DNA from: an uncultured Bacteroidales bacterium
GTDB taxonomy: Bacteria; Bacteroidota; Bacteroidia; Bacteroidales; JAIOZK01
Reading direction: 5' to 3'
Assembly (NCBI GenBank): GCA_964468645.1
Contig: CAYXUU010000029.1
Span: 14,084-78,083 of the forward strand
DNA length: 64,000 nucleotides
Shown here in pieces: positions 29,926 to 41,434 of the stretch (positions are counted from its first letter, which is position 1; the number at the start of each line of letters is the position of its first letter). The notes beneath the pieces are model-generated. The model was given only the letters and a program-made list of their open reading frames with translations, ran no database searches and was not told the DNA's origin. The translations under genes and the position numbers were made by a program.

Positions 29926-29985
29926 TATACAGATTAATATCAAATATCAATTGATGAATGTCTGATTTTCTATATTTGGGAGGTA

Positions 29986-31170
29986 TTATTGATTTACAGG
30001 CAATGTCAACTTAAAGGTACTGCCCTTTCCATACTCGCTCTCAACCCAGATCTTACCACCATTCTGCTTAACAAATTCCTTGCAGAGGATAAGTCCCAGT
30101 CCGGTGCCCCCTTCATGGTCGGTTCCTTTTGTTGAGTAGGTGGTATCAAGCCTGAAAAGTTTATTAACATCTTCTTTCTTTATACCAATCCCCTCATCCA
30201 TCACAGATAGCTCAATCATTCCTTCCTGTGTCAGGGAAGTAAGTTTTATTTCGTTTCCTTTTTCAGAGTATTTAATGGCATTGGAAATCAGGTTCCTTAC
30301 TATAGTCTTAATCATGTTTTCATCGGCATAAGCGACATCTGTATCAGGAACTTCTGATTTGATGGTGATATGCTTATTTCTGGCAGCTTTATTTAAAAGA
30401 TCACAGGTTTCTGAGATTATTGCACTCAGATAAATTTTTTCAGGATTCCGCTTAATTTTCCCTGTCTGGGCACGAGACCAGTCCAGGAGATTTTCCAATA
30501 ATTTATATCCGTTATCAGCAGCTTCTTTAATAGCAGCAATAAATTGCATCCTGTCATCATCGGTGGTCTCCTGATAATTTTCAACCAGGTGCTTTGAGAA
30601 ACCTATCAGTGCATTAAAAGGATTTTTAAGGTCATGGGCAATGATAGAGAAAAACTTGTCCTTGGTGGCATTCAGATCTTGCAATTCCCTGGTTCTGAAT
30701 TCAACTTTTTTCTCCAGTGAACTATTCAACTCAACAAGTTCTTCATTCTTTTGTTTGATCTGTTTTCCAAGATAGTAACTTTTAATGGCCTCCCTGATGG
30801 TGATCACAAGGTCGTCCTGATCCCATGGTTTTGGTATATACCTGTATAAATCCGCATAATTAACAGCATTTGTAACACCTTCAATGTTGGCCTGTCCGGT
30901 GAGCAGGATATTATGCGTTTCCGGAGATCGTTTATGTATTTCGGAGAGCAACTGGTCGCCTTTTATACCTGGCATGATATAATCGGCTATAACTACCGGA
31001 ATTTCTCTTTCATTACCTAATAATTCATTAAAATATTCCAAAGCATCATCTCCGCTTTCGGAGGTTTCTATGGTATAATGTTCTCCGAATTTCCGATTTA
31101 ATTGCTCCTTCAAAGCATCAACGATTATAGTTTCATCGTCAACACAAAGTATCACAGGCTTTACAGGCAT
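29986..31170 (-). CDS. hybrid response-regulator/histidine kinase (N-terminal REC, coiled coil, HisKA, HATPase_c)
   Basis: The REC domain has VILCVDDE...IADYIMPGIKG, the HisKA H-box is FFSIIAHDLKNPFNAL, and the ATP-binding G2 box is GGTGLGLILCKEFV. Confidence 0.8.
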   Translation of the reverse strand: MPVKPVILCVDDETIIVDALKEQLNRKFGEHYTIETSESGDDALEYFNELLGNEREIPVVIADYIMPGIKGDQLLSEIHKRSPETHNILLTGQANIEGVTNAVNYADLYRYIPKPWDQDDLVITIREAIKSYYLGKQIKQKNEELVELNSSLEKKVEFRTRELQDLNATKDKFFSIIAHDLKNPFNALIGFSKHLVENYQETTDDDRMQFIAAIKEAADNGYKLLENLLDWSRAQTGKIKRNPEKIYLSAIISETCDLLNKAARNKHITIKSEVPDTDVAYADENMIKTIVRNLISNAIKYSEKGNEIKLTSLTQEGMIELSVMDEGIGIKKEDVNKLFRLDTTYSTKGTDHEGGTGLGLILCKEFVKQNGGKIWVESEYGKGSTFKLTLPVNQ

Positions 31171-31174
31171 GTCT

Positions 31175-33988
31175 TTACTTTATTACTGATGTTGGGTAGG
31201 GTAAAAGTATTACAAAGGATGTGCCAATTCCCACTTCGCTTTCAAGTTCTATTTTACCCCGGTGTTTTTCTATGATATTTTTTACGATATCCAATCCCAT
31301 TCCACTACCTTCGCCAGAAGGTTTTGTTGTAAAGAACGGATCAAATATCCTTTCTTTAATATCTTCGGGGATACCACAACCTGAATCGGAAATCTCTACC
31401 CTGGCATATCCCTTCTGTTTCGATATTTTAATTTTAAGTATCCCCTGATAGTTCATGGCCTGAAGTGCATTATGAATAAGGTTGGTCCAGACCTGGTTCA
31501 TCTCATCAGCGACACATGGTACTGGTGGAATGTCATCAAATTGAGTATCCAATATAATCCCTTCCTTGATCAGGCTATTATATATGGTTAATACTGTTTC
31601 GATCCCATCCTGAATGTTTGCCGGCAGCTTTTCTTCAGACTGATCGTGGTGTATATATTTCTTTAATGCAAAAACCACCCTGGATGCCCTTTCCACTGCC
31701 AGACTGATATTGTTAGTATTATTCAAAAGAGAGACTATATTTCTGGTATAATCAAGTATGAAAGCTGCGCCGGCCAATTTCAGCAAAGGCATTATGTCGT
31801 CATAATTATTATAGATATTCATAAAGATCAGGTTATCTGCCATCACTTCAGCATGTTTTATACTATTTTGCTCAAGCAAGATGATAATTTGTTTTTTCAA
31901 TGCCCTTTTTTCTTTTGATGATAATTCAGGCAAATCACGTTCAACATACTTCAGCAATTTTATAAAGAGTTGAATCCCATCTCTTACCATTACCCTGATC
32001 AGTTGCGGGAGATTTTCAACAGCGGTTTGGAGCGATTCAGTCAAATTATCTGATGAAGCATTAATAGCGCCAAGTGGTGTATTAATCTCATGGGCCAATC
32101 CTGCAATAAGCTGGCCAAGTGCCGCCAGTTTTTCAGATTGAACCAGTTGTTCCTGAGTTTCCTTCAGATTTTCAAGGGTTACCTGGAGTTCTTCTTTTTG
32201 CTGGTTCAATTCCAAATTTGATATTTTCAGTGATTCCTGTGCTTGAAAATAGTTGGTAATATCTTTGGCCAGGCCTTCAATGGCTATTACTTTTCCATTC
32301 CTCGTGATTGCGGACTCAGAAATCTCAAACATCCTTGGCTTGCCCTTACTATCAAATATTTCGACATTAAAAGGATCCTGTTTCTCACCTTTTACGCTTT
32401 TTTCCATAAAAATTATTGCCTTTTTATTGATGGGATTTTCGGTCATATATTGTGTGAATCCATCCATGGCTTTTTTAACCGATATGCCCAGAACATTCTC
32501 AACAGAAGGGCTGATATACTGATATAGGCCATGAGGTATATGAGAATAGAAAATATATTCCTCTTTTAGATTTTCCACTAACCTGCGGTATTTTTCTTCA
32601 CTCTCCTTCAAGGCCTCGTTAACAGATCTTAGTTCATCGTTAATGGCCCTGATCCCACGATTAATTCTGTCGGTTTCTTTTTTCTGTTCAAGCAGTGCTT
32701 CATTCTTAACATATAATTCCGTTGTACGTTCCTTGATCCTCGATTCCAATCCCTCATAAAACCCCTGTAGTTCAGTGGCAAGATTGTTGAAAGTTAGAGA
32801 AAGTAATCCGATTTCATCGTTGGATAAAACTGGGGCACGGACCGAAAAATCACGCTTTGAGTACTTTTCAACAGATTCTGTTAAGTAATTAAGTTGTCGA
32901 GTAAACCTGTTTCCAACCAGTATTATAAAAACAAACACGATAACAAACAATAACAGGGCAATAAATATGCTAATACTAATTTGTTTTGTAAGTGGTGAAA
33001 ATATCTGTTCCTTCTCAATCTCAACAGCAATAATCCAGTCCATTTGTGGAAGATAGCGGAAATATAAAATACGGTCTTTTGGCTGTTCGTTCTGTTGATC
33101 AGCCCACCTGTAAGATTTCTGACCAGCGTATGTTTTATGCTCCCTGATATCATCACAGATTTCCTTAATAATATAACTTCCTGAGAGATCCTGGTATCCG
33201 AGAAGATTTGTCCCCTCTTCGATATTCGGATGGATCACAACTTCGCCATTGGTATTTAAAATTGATGGAAAATAAGTCTCACCTAGTTTAAAACTTTTGA
33301 TCACTTCACCAAGAAATTTCAGGTTAGACTGCTTTAACCCCACATAAATGGCTCCGATTAATTTGCTATTCTGATATATAGGTTTATATGCTGCAATATA
33401 CCATTCATTATCAACAAAAGCCCTTCCATGGTATGGCTCTCCACTAACTATCATTTTATAAACCGGCGATTCAAGAGGTATAAAAGTTCCTGTGATCCTT
33501 GAGCTGTCAGCCCGTTTAACAGATGTTGAAATTCGAAGCAATCCATCATCAATAAGCTGAAAAATTGTAATTGAACATCCTATCTGATCCGTTACATAAT
33601 CAACAAGTTCGTTGTTTTCGCTCACAAACTCATTTAATCCCATAAAGTTCCTGACCTTCATAACCGGGATTCTGGCTGGCTTCTTATGATGGTTAATCTG
33701 GTTTTCTATTTCCATCTCTATCATATAATTGCTATCAATACTTGTCCGGTCTTTTACAAAATGATCAGCAACCTTCAGGTTATTATCCACCATCTCCTGT
33801 GTAAGCAGGTAAAAAGAATTTGATGTCTGGTAAATCGATTCGGTAATATTGGCAAGTTCCCGGTCATATACCATTTTAAAGGATCTCCTGAGCGTATAGA
33901 TACTGGCAACGATATTACCGAGAACATAGATCAGCAGAAAAAAACCAAATCCAATAATCAGTTTGTGTGAGAATTTTAGATTATTCAT
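31175..33988 (-). CDS. multidomain sensor histidine kinase (TM, extracytoplasmic Cache-like sensor, TM, HAMP, coiled coil, PAS, HisKA, HATPase_c)
   Basis: Two TM segments bracket a roughly 300-aa periplasmic domain. The HAMP region is DEIGLLSLTFNNLATELQ, there is a PAS-like segment, the H-box is AGLAHEINTPLGAI and the G2 box is GSGMGLDIVKNIIEKH. It ends 4 nt before the downstream REC-HK hybrid begins. Confidence 0.8.
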   Translation of the reverse strand: MNNLKFSHKLIIGFGFFLLIYVLGNIVASIYTLRRSFKMVYDRELANITESIYQTSNSFYLLTQEMVDNNLKVADHFVKDRTSIDSNYMIEMEIENQINHHKKPARIPVMKVRNFMGLNEFVSENNELVDYVTDQIGCSITIFQLIDDGLLRISTSVKRADSSRITGTFIPLESPVYKMIVSGEPYHGRAFVDNEWYIAAYKPIYQNSKLIGAIYVGLKQSNLKFLGEVIKSFKLGETYFPSILNTNGEVVIHPNIEEGTNLLGYQDLSGSYIIKEICDDIREHKTYAGQKSYRWADQQNEQPKDRILYFRYLPQMDWIIAVEIEKEQIFSPLTKQISISIFIALLLFVIVFVFIILVGNRFTRQLNYLTESVEKYSKRDFSVRAPVLSNDEIGLLSLTFNNLATELQGFYEGLESRIKERTTELYVKNEALLEQKKETDRINRGIRAINDELRSVNEALKESEEKYRRLVENLKEEYIFYSHIPHGLYQYISPSVENVLGISVKKAMDGFTQYMTENPINKKAIIFMEKSVKGEKQDPFNVEIFDSKGKPRMFEISESAITRNGKVIAIEGLAKDITNYFQAQESLKISNLELNQQKEELQVTLENLKETQEQLVQSEKLAALGQLIAGLAHEINTPLGAINASSDNLTESLQTAVENLPQLIRVMVRDGIQLFIKLLKYVERDLPELSSKEKRALKKQIIILLEQNSIKHAEVMADNLIFMNIYNNYDDIMPLLKLAGAAFILDYTRNIVSLLNNTNNISLAVERASRVVFALKKYIHHDQSEEKLPANIQDGIETVLTIYNSLIKEGIILDTQFDDIPPVPCVADEMNQVWTNLIHNALQAMNYQGILKIKISKQKGYARVEISDSGCGIPEDIKERIFDPFFTTKPSGEGSGMGLDIVKNIIEKHRGKIELESEVGIGTSFVILLPYPTSVIK

Positions 33989-34206
33989 ACATTTTTGTTT
34001 GATATGCCAGCAGTTATAAAATTAACAAATTACCTGATCTTTGAACTATCCTGCTAAAAAAACATTAATTTCAAGTTATACCTTTCCAAAATAACTTTCC
34101 AAATATAGCGTTTAGAAATTGTATTATCATTGTTGATAAATAGGCTTACACCAAAACAAATTCGTCATTTGTAATTTTTTACTTTTACTCGCAAATTCAT
34201 AAAAGC

Positions 34207-37200
34207 ATGAAGATATCCATGAAACCAAAGGGATGGCTATCCATCTTTCTATTAATTAGCACCTTGAGTATTAATGCCCAGAAAACATCGATTTATGATG
34301 AACCACAGGCATCATACAGGTTAGGGCTTGAGTTGTTCAGCAAAGAAAAATACAGTGCTGCCCAGGACCAGTTCGACAGGGTAGTCAACAGCATCTCTGA
34401 CAGTGAATCTGAACTTAAAGGCAATGCTGAATACTACAGGGCAATATGTGCGCTCGAACTGGAAAATGATAATGCAGAATACCTGATCAGCAATTTTATC
34501 AGCACCTATCCGACGAGTTCAAGAATAGAGCGTTCTTATTTTCAACTCGGACGATTACAGTTCAGAAACAGGGACTACAGGAATGCTCTTGAATCGTTTA
34601 CCAAAGTAAGCCGGTCTGCCCTGTCAAAAAATGAAAGAACAGAGTATAACTTTAAAAAGGGCTTTTGCTTTCTTCAAAAAAACGAACCTGAAAACGCCAA
34701 AAATTTATTCAGCTCGGTTAAAGACAGTAAAGGGGAATATGCCAAAGCTGCTACGTATTATTATGCACACATCCTTTACACTGAAGGCAAATATGATGAT
34801 GCTCTTACCGAATTCAATAAACTGGCAGGAGATAGGGCATATAGGAAAGACATCCCCTACTATATAATCCACATCAATTATTACAAGGGCGATTATGATG
34901 AGATACTTAAATCAGGCCCTGAATTGTACAGAACATCCGATAGTAAGAGAAAACCAGGGATAGCCAGGTTAATTGGTGACTCCTATTACAGGGCAGGTGA
35001 CTATAATCAGGCGCTCGATTATCTCGAGAACTATAAGAGAGGTACACGTCATGGTCTTAGCCGGGAAGATAATTATCAGATTGGATTAACCTATTATAAT
35101 AACCAGCGGTACGACGATGCAATTCATCATTTCCAATCTGTAATCAAGGAGATGGATAGCCTTTCACAAAATGCCTATTATCACCTGGGGGATTGTTATC
35201 TCAAAACAGATAAGAAAAAGTATGCACATAATGCTTTCCTGTCAGCGTACAAACTTGATTATGATCAAAAGATCAAAGAGGATGCGTTGTTTAATCATGC
35301 AAAACTGAGCATGGAAGTAGCCCATGATCCTTATAATGAGTCTATAAAGTCACTGGAGCAATACATCACTGAATACCCGAATTCCGACAGGATTGAAGAA
35401 GCCTATAACCTGCTGGTTGAATTGTTTCTCTCAACACGAAATTATAAGGCAGCACTTGAATCAATTGAGAAAATCAAAAACAGGAATGAGAACCTGAATA
35501 AGGCATATCAGAAAATCTGTTATTACAGGGCCATCGAACTATTTAATAATGGTGATTTTAATAATGCCATTGAGCTATTTAAAAATGCTACAAACAATAA
35601 TTATGATAGGGAAATTGCAGCTGATGCAAACTTCTGGATTGGTGAATCATTTTACAGGCTTAAAAATTACTGGGGAGCCCGGAAATATTACGGGGACTTT
35701 CTAAATGCATCCGGTACAAAAAATTCCAGTCTCAGAATCCGTGCTTACTATAATCTCGGATACACCCATTATAAACGTAAAGACTATAACAAAGCTGTTG
35801 AAAGCTTTAAGAAGTTTGTAAGAAATCCAGGAGGGGAAGATGCCAAACTGGTAAACGACGCCTATCTCAGGTTGGGGGATTGCTATTTCATCAATAAGCA
35901 ATACAAAACTGCCATCGATTATTATAACGAATCATTGCGTCTTAATCAATCCGATCTTGATTATGCCCTTTACAAGAAAGCTATGGCCTATGGTGCACTT
36001 GGCGAATTTAAATCAAAAGTGAATGCACTCGAACGTATTGTAAATCACCACCGTGGTTCACCCTATACTGACAAGGCATTATACGAGATAGGTATCACGG
36101 AACTTATCCTTAACGATAACAGGCGTGCACTGGTTTTCTTTGACAAACTGGTAAAGGAACATCCAAACAGCAATCTTGCTACCCGATCGCTTTTGAAAAC
36201 CGGCCTGATCTATTATAACAATGATCAGTACGCTGAAGCTGTAAAGGCCCTTAAAAAAGTGGTTAATAACTATCCAAACACCCCGGAATCGAGGGAAGCT
36301 CTTGCCAGCCTGAAAAACATCTATATCGACATGAATAATGTTGATGAATACTTTAGTTATACCGAAAACATGCCTGATGCTATGGTTAACACCAGTGAAC
36401 AGGATTCAATCACTTATATAGCTGCAGAGAACCAATACATGCGAAACGACTGTGCAGCTGCATTGCCATCCTTCAGGAAATATATAGAAAAGTTTCCTTA
36501 CGGGGCCTTCCTATTGAATGTACATTATTACAAGGCGGATTGCGAAATGCGCAGGGATTCACTCGAAGATGCACTTGAAGATTATGCATATGTTGTTGGC
36601 CAGCCGCGTTCAACTTATACAGAAAATGCCTATTTAAATGCATCGAGGATCAGCGAACGGCTGGCGATGTATGAAGAAGCCTATGGGTATTTCAAAGGAC
36701 TGGAAACCAATGCCGAAAATAATACCAACATAAATTTTGCCCTGGAGGGCCAGATGAACAATGCCTTCAGAACAGACAACTACCAGGGTGCCATTGAGGC
36801 TGCAAGGAAACTATTAAGAAATAACAAGGTAACCAACGAACAGATCAATGAGGCGCATTATGTACTTGCGAAATCCTACTTTGCTCAAAATAATTACAAT
36901 GAGGCAAAATCGGAATTTGAAATAACCAGCAAACTCTCGAAAAATGAAAAGGGTGCTGAAGCAAAATATTTCCAGGCCTATATAGAATATGAGAATGGAA
37001 ACTACACCACAGCTGAGAATCTGATCTTTGAATTGGCCGACAGCTTTTCTTCCTACGATTACTGGATGGCTAAAAGTTTTATTCTGCTTGCTGATGTATA
37101 TATTAAACTTGACAATGTATTTCAGGCAAAACAGACCCTCCAGAGTATCATTGATAACTACCAGGGCGACGACCTCAGGGAAATTGCTCAGATGAAACTT

Positions 37201-37260
37201 GATGAACTGATCGAAGCTGAAAAATCACAGGAAAGCCAAGAACAAAACAATAACTTTTAA
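34207..37260 (+). CDS. large secreted TPR-repeat protein (1017 aa)
   Basis: It has a signal peptide and TPR-like 34-aa repeats throughout (W/Y-LG-Y, A-F-A spacing). Confidence 0.75.
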   Translation: MKISMKPKGWLSIFLLISTLSINAQKTSIYDEPQASYRLGLELFSKEKYSAAQDQFDRVVNSISDSESELKGNAEYYRAICALELENDNAEYLISNFISTYPTSSRIERSYFQLGRLQFRNRDYRNALESFTKVSRSALSKNERTEYNFKKGFCFLQKNEPENAKNLFSSVKDSKGEYAKAATYYYAHILYTEGKYDDALTEFNKLAGDRAYRKDIPYYIIHINYYKGDYDEILKSGPELYRTSDSKRKPGIARLIGDSYYRAGDYNQALDYLENYKRGTRHGLSREDNYQIGLTYYNNQRYDDAIHHFQSVIKEMDSLSQNAYYHLGDCYLKTDKKKYAHNAFLSAYKLDYDQKIKEDALFNHAKLSMEVAHDPYNESIKSLEQYITEYPNSDRIEEAYNLLVELFLSTRNYKAALESIEKIKNRNENLNKAYQKICYYRAIELFNNGDFNNAIELFKNATNNNYDREIAADANFWIGESFYRLKNYWGARKYYGDFLNASGTKNSSLRIRAYYNLGYTHYKRKDYNKAVESFKKFVRNPGGEDAKLVNDAYLRLGDCYFINKQYKTAIDYYNESLRLNQSDLDYALYKKAMAYGALGEFKSKVNALERIVNHHRGSPYTDKALYEIGITELILNDNRRALVFFDKLVKEHPNSNLATRSLLKTGLIYYNNDQYAEAVKALKKVVNNYPNTPESREALASLKNIYIDMNNVDEYFSYTENMPDAMVNTSEQDSITYIAAENQYMRNDCAAALPSFRKYIEKFPYGAFLLNVHYYKADCEMRRDSLEDALEDYAYVVGQPRSTYTENAYLNASRISERLAMYEEAYGYFKGLETNAENNTNINFALEGQMNNAFRTDNYQGAIEAARKLLRNNKVTNEQINEAHYVLAKSYFAQNNYNEAKSEFEITSKLSKNEKGAEAKYFQAYIEYENGNYTTAENLIFELADSFSSYDYWMAKSFILLADVYIKLDNVFQAKQTLQSIIDNYQGDDLREIAQMKLDELIEAEKSQESQEQNNNF

Positions 37261-37285
37261 AATGCATATCGTTAATTCTTAAAAT

Positions 37286-38989
37286 ATGAATAGCAGAAAA
37301 TCATATCAAAAGCTAATCCGGGTATTAATTCTAATAATTATTCTTGGCGGCAATGCAGCCCTGGCACAGGAATATAATGAGGAGGTGACCATTATCGGCT
37401 CATATACCCCTACAATTAATGATGCCAATAAAATAAACTTCAGTCCGCAAATTACCCTGGGTGAACAACATGAAATGCCTGTATTAAGTTACAGTATCCA
37501 TTCAACAAAGATCAACACCAGGGTTGAACTGGAGCCTATAAAACCCTCAACGAAAGTTGCAGGACAAACCTATACAAAATTATACCGGAGCTATATCAAG
37601 GCAGGTTATGGCAATTATAATACTCCTTTTGTTGAGTTTTTTGTGAATTCTCTTCGTAATGAAGAATCACAATTCGGCCTGCATATGAAACATCTTTCAT
37701 CTTCCGGCCAGGTTCATGATGATTATGGAAAAAGTGCCTTCAGCCGAAATTACGCAAAGGTTTTCGGGAAGCAGTTTTTTAAAAACAGCACCATGTCAGG
37801 CCATGTTACTTACAAAAGGGATGTGGTTCATTATTATGGTTTTGTAGATACGCTTGCTCCGGAAAAAGATACCCTTCCCAGGGATGATGACATCAAGCAA
37901 CGCTACCAGTTATTCGGAGGTGAACTGGCTTTAACAAGTAACAATGAAAATAAAAAGGCGCTGGCCTACAGGATAGGTTTTAATCCTTATTATTATGGGG
38001 ATAAGTTTGAGAGCTATGAAACAATGATAGGTTTTGATGTTGGCTTGAGCAAAGGACTTGAATTGTTCGGTCGGAATATATCGACAGTTGGTATTAGTGC
38101 TGACCTGGACTATTATCTGTTTAGTGATTCTGTGAACAATATCAATAACGGTGTTTCAAGAATTAATCCCTATTTTAATCTTAACTTCGGACAATACCAG
38201 TTAAAACTGGGATTCACCACCGCTTTTGGATTTAATACCGACAGCAACCTCGATTTCTTCCCTGATATTGTTGCCAAAGTACATGTTTTACCTGGTTACC
38301 TGACCGTGTTTGCCGGTTTCTCAGGAAGTATTGAAAAAGCCAGTTTTTACAGCCTCAGCCAGGAGAATCCATTCATCACCTCTATAGTTCCCATGAAATT
38401 TACAAGAAACAAAATGGAGATCTATGGTGGTATTAATGGCAATATTGAAGAAGCTGTAGATTTTTCAATCCGGGTATCCAATACTTCTGTTGAGAATATG
38501 CCCTTTTTTGTTACCGATACCCTGAATATGATCAATAATATGTTTACGGTAATTTATGATAATGGTTCTGTAACCCGTGTGAGTTTTGAAATTGGTTATC
38601 AATATACAGAGAACCTGAGGCTTGCTCTGGCTATTATGTACAATAATTATAATCTTGACAGTTTGCAGAAAACACTTCAAAAACCCGAAATGATGGCTGA
38701 TCTTGAACTGAATTATGTTGTTTCTGAAAAGTTTCTTTTAAAGACTGCCCTGATTTATTATGGGAAACAATACGCCCAGTTGTATGATTTCGACAAACAT
38801 CAATACTTTGACAAGCCTGAAACCATTGATGGTTATTTCGATATTAACCTGGGTGCAGAGTACAGATTCAGGAAGAATTTATCGTTTTTTATTGATCTTC
38901 ATAATATAGCCAATCAACAATACCAGAAATGGTATAATTACCCTGCTCAGGAATTTAATTTTCTTGCAGGCCTAACATACTCATTTTAG
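37286..38989 (+). CDS. putative outer-membrane beta-barrel protein (567 aa), partner of the TPR protein
   Basis: It has a signal peptide, an amphipathic beta-strand pattern and a C-terminal aromatic residue (...GLTYSF). It lies 25 nt downstream of the TPR gene. Confidence 0.55.
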   Translation: MNSRKSYQKLIRVLILIIILGGNAALAQEYNEEVTIIGSYTPTINDANKINFSPQITLGEQHEMPVLSYSIHSTKINTRVELEPIKPSTKVAGQTYTKLYRSYIKAGYGNYNTPFVEFFVNSLRNEESQFGLHMKHLSSSGQVHDDYGKSAFSRNYAKVFGKQFFKNSTMSGHVTYKRDVVHYYGFVDTLAPEKDTLPRDDDIKQRYQLFGGELALTSNNENKKALAYRIGFNPYYYGDKFESYETMIGFDVGLSKGLELFGRNISTVGISADLDYYLFSDSVNNINNGVSRINPYFNLNFGQYQLKLGFTTAFGFNTDSNLDFFPDIVAKVHVLPGYLTVFAGFSGSIEKASFYSLSQENPFITSIVPMKFTRNKMEIYGGINGNIEEAVDFSIRVSNTSVENMPFFVTDTLNMINNMFTVIYDNGSVTRVSFEIGYQYTENLRLALAIMYNNYNLDSLQKTLQKPEMMADLELNYVVSEKFLLKTALIYYGKQYAQLYDFDKHQYFDKPETIDGYFDINLGAEYRFRKNLSFFIDLHNIANQQYQKWYNYPAQEFNFLAGLTYSF

Positions 38990-39149
38990 GGACATTAAAA
39001 GATTTTTTCTTCGATCGAGATAGATATAAGCATCTATTTGATAAGCTGATCTTCGTATCCAGGATCAGGCCTTTGGTTTCAACAGGGAATTGTTGATAAA
39101 AAGCCTTAATTTTCAGAGGCTTTGAGCAATTTTATACCTATATTTTGGT

Positions 39150-39157
39150 TATCTTTG
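39150..39157 (+). promoter_or_regulatory. candidate -7 box (TATCTTTG, TAnnTTTG consensus) upstream of gyrB
   Basis: A consensus match lies 34 nt upstream of the gyrB ATG. Confidence 0.3.
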
Positions 39158-39160
39158 TAA

Positions 39161-41152
<1,992 letters not shown>

Positions 41153-41434
41153 TTGCTAAACCACAAAAACCTTTTAATAATCCGAAATATTTCAGGATAC
41201 GATACTGTTAAGATGGAATCATTCAATTAATGATACTAATGAATGAGATATCTGGAATGTAGGTTTTTTCATTCGTCAGTTTTAAGATAAGGTAATTTCA
41301 GTAAAATTTCATCTCAACCTGGTTAACCAACATGATTCTCACTACTATCAATGAAAGTTAGAACGTTAGTGTTTGTGCCAGTAGGCAAATTTAACAGTTA
41401 AACAAATTCAAATCCTGGCCCATGATCCTTACAC

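Noticed and set aside
29492-29950. Three small minus-strand ORFs (70, 64 and 73 aa)
   Set aside because: They lie entirely within the GC-rich RNase P RNA gene and are explained by it.
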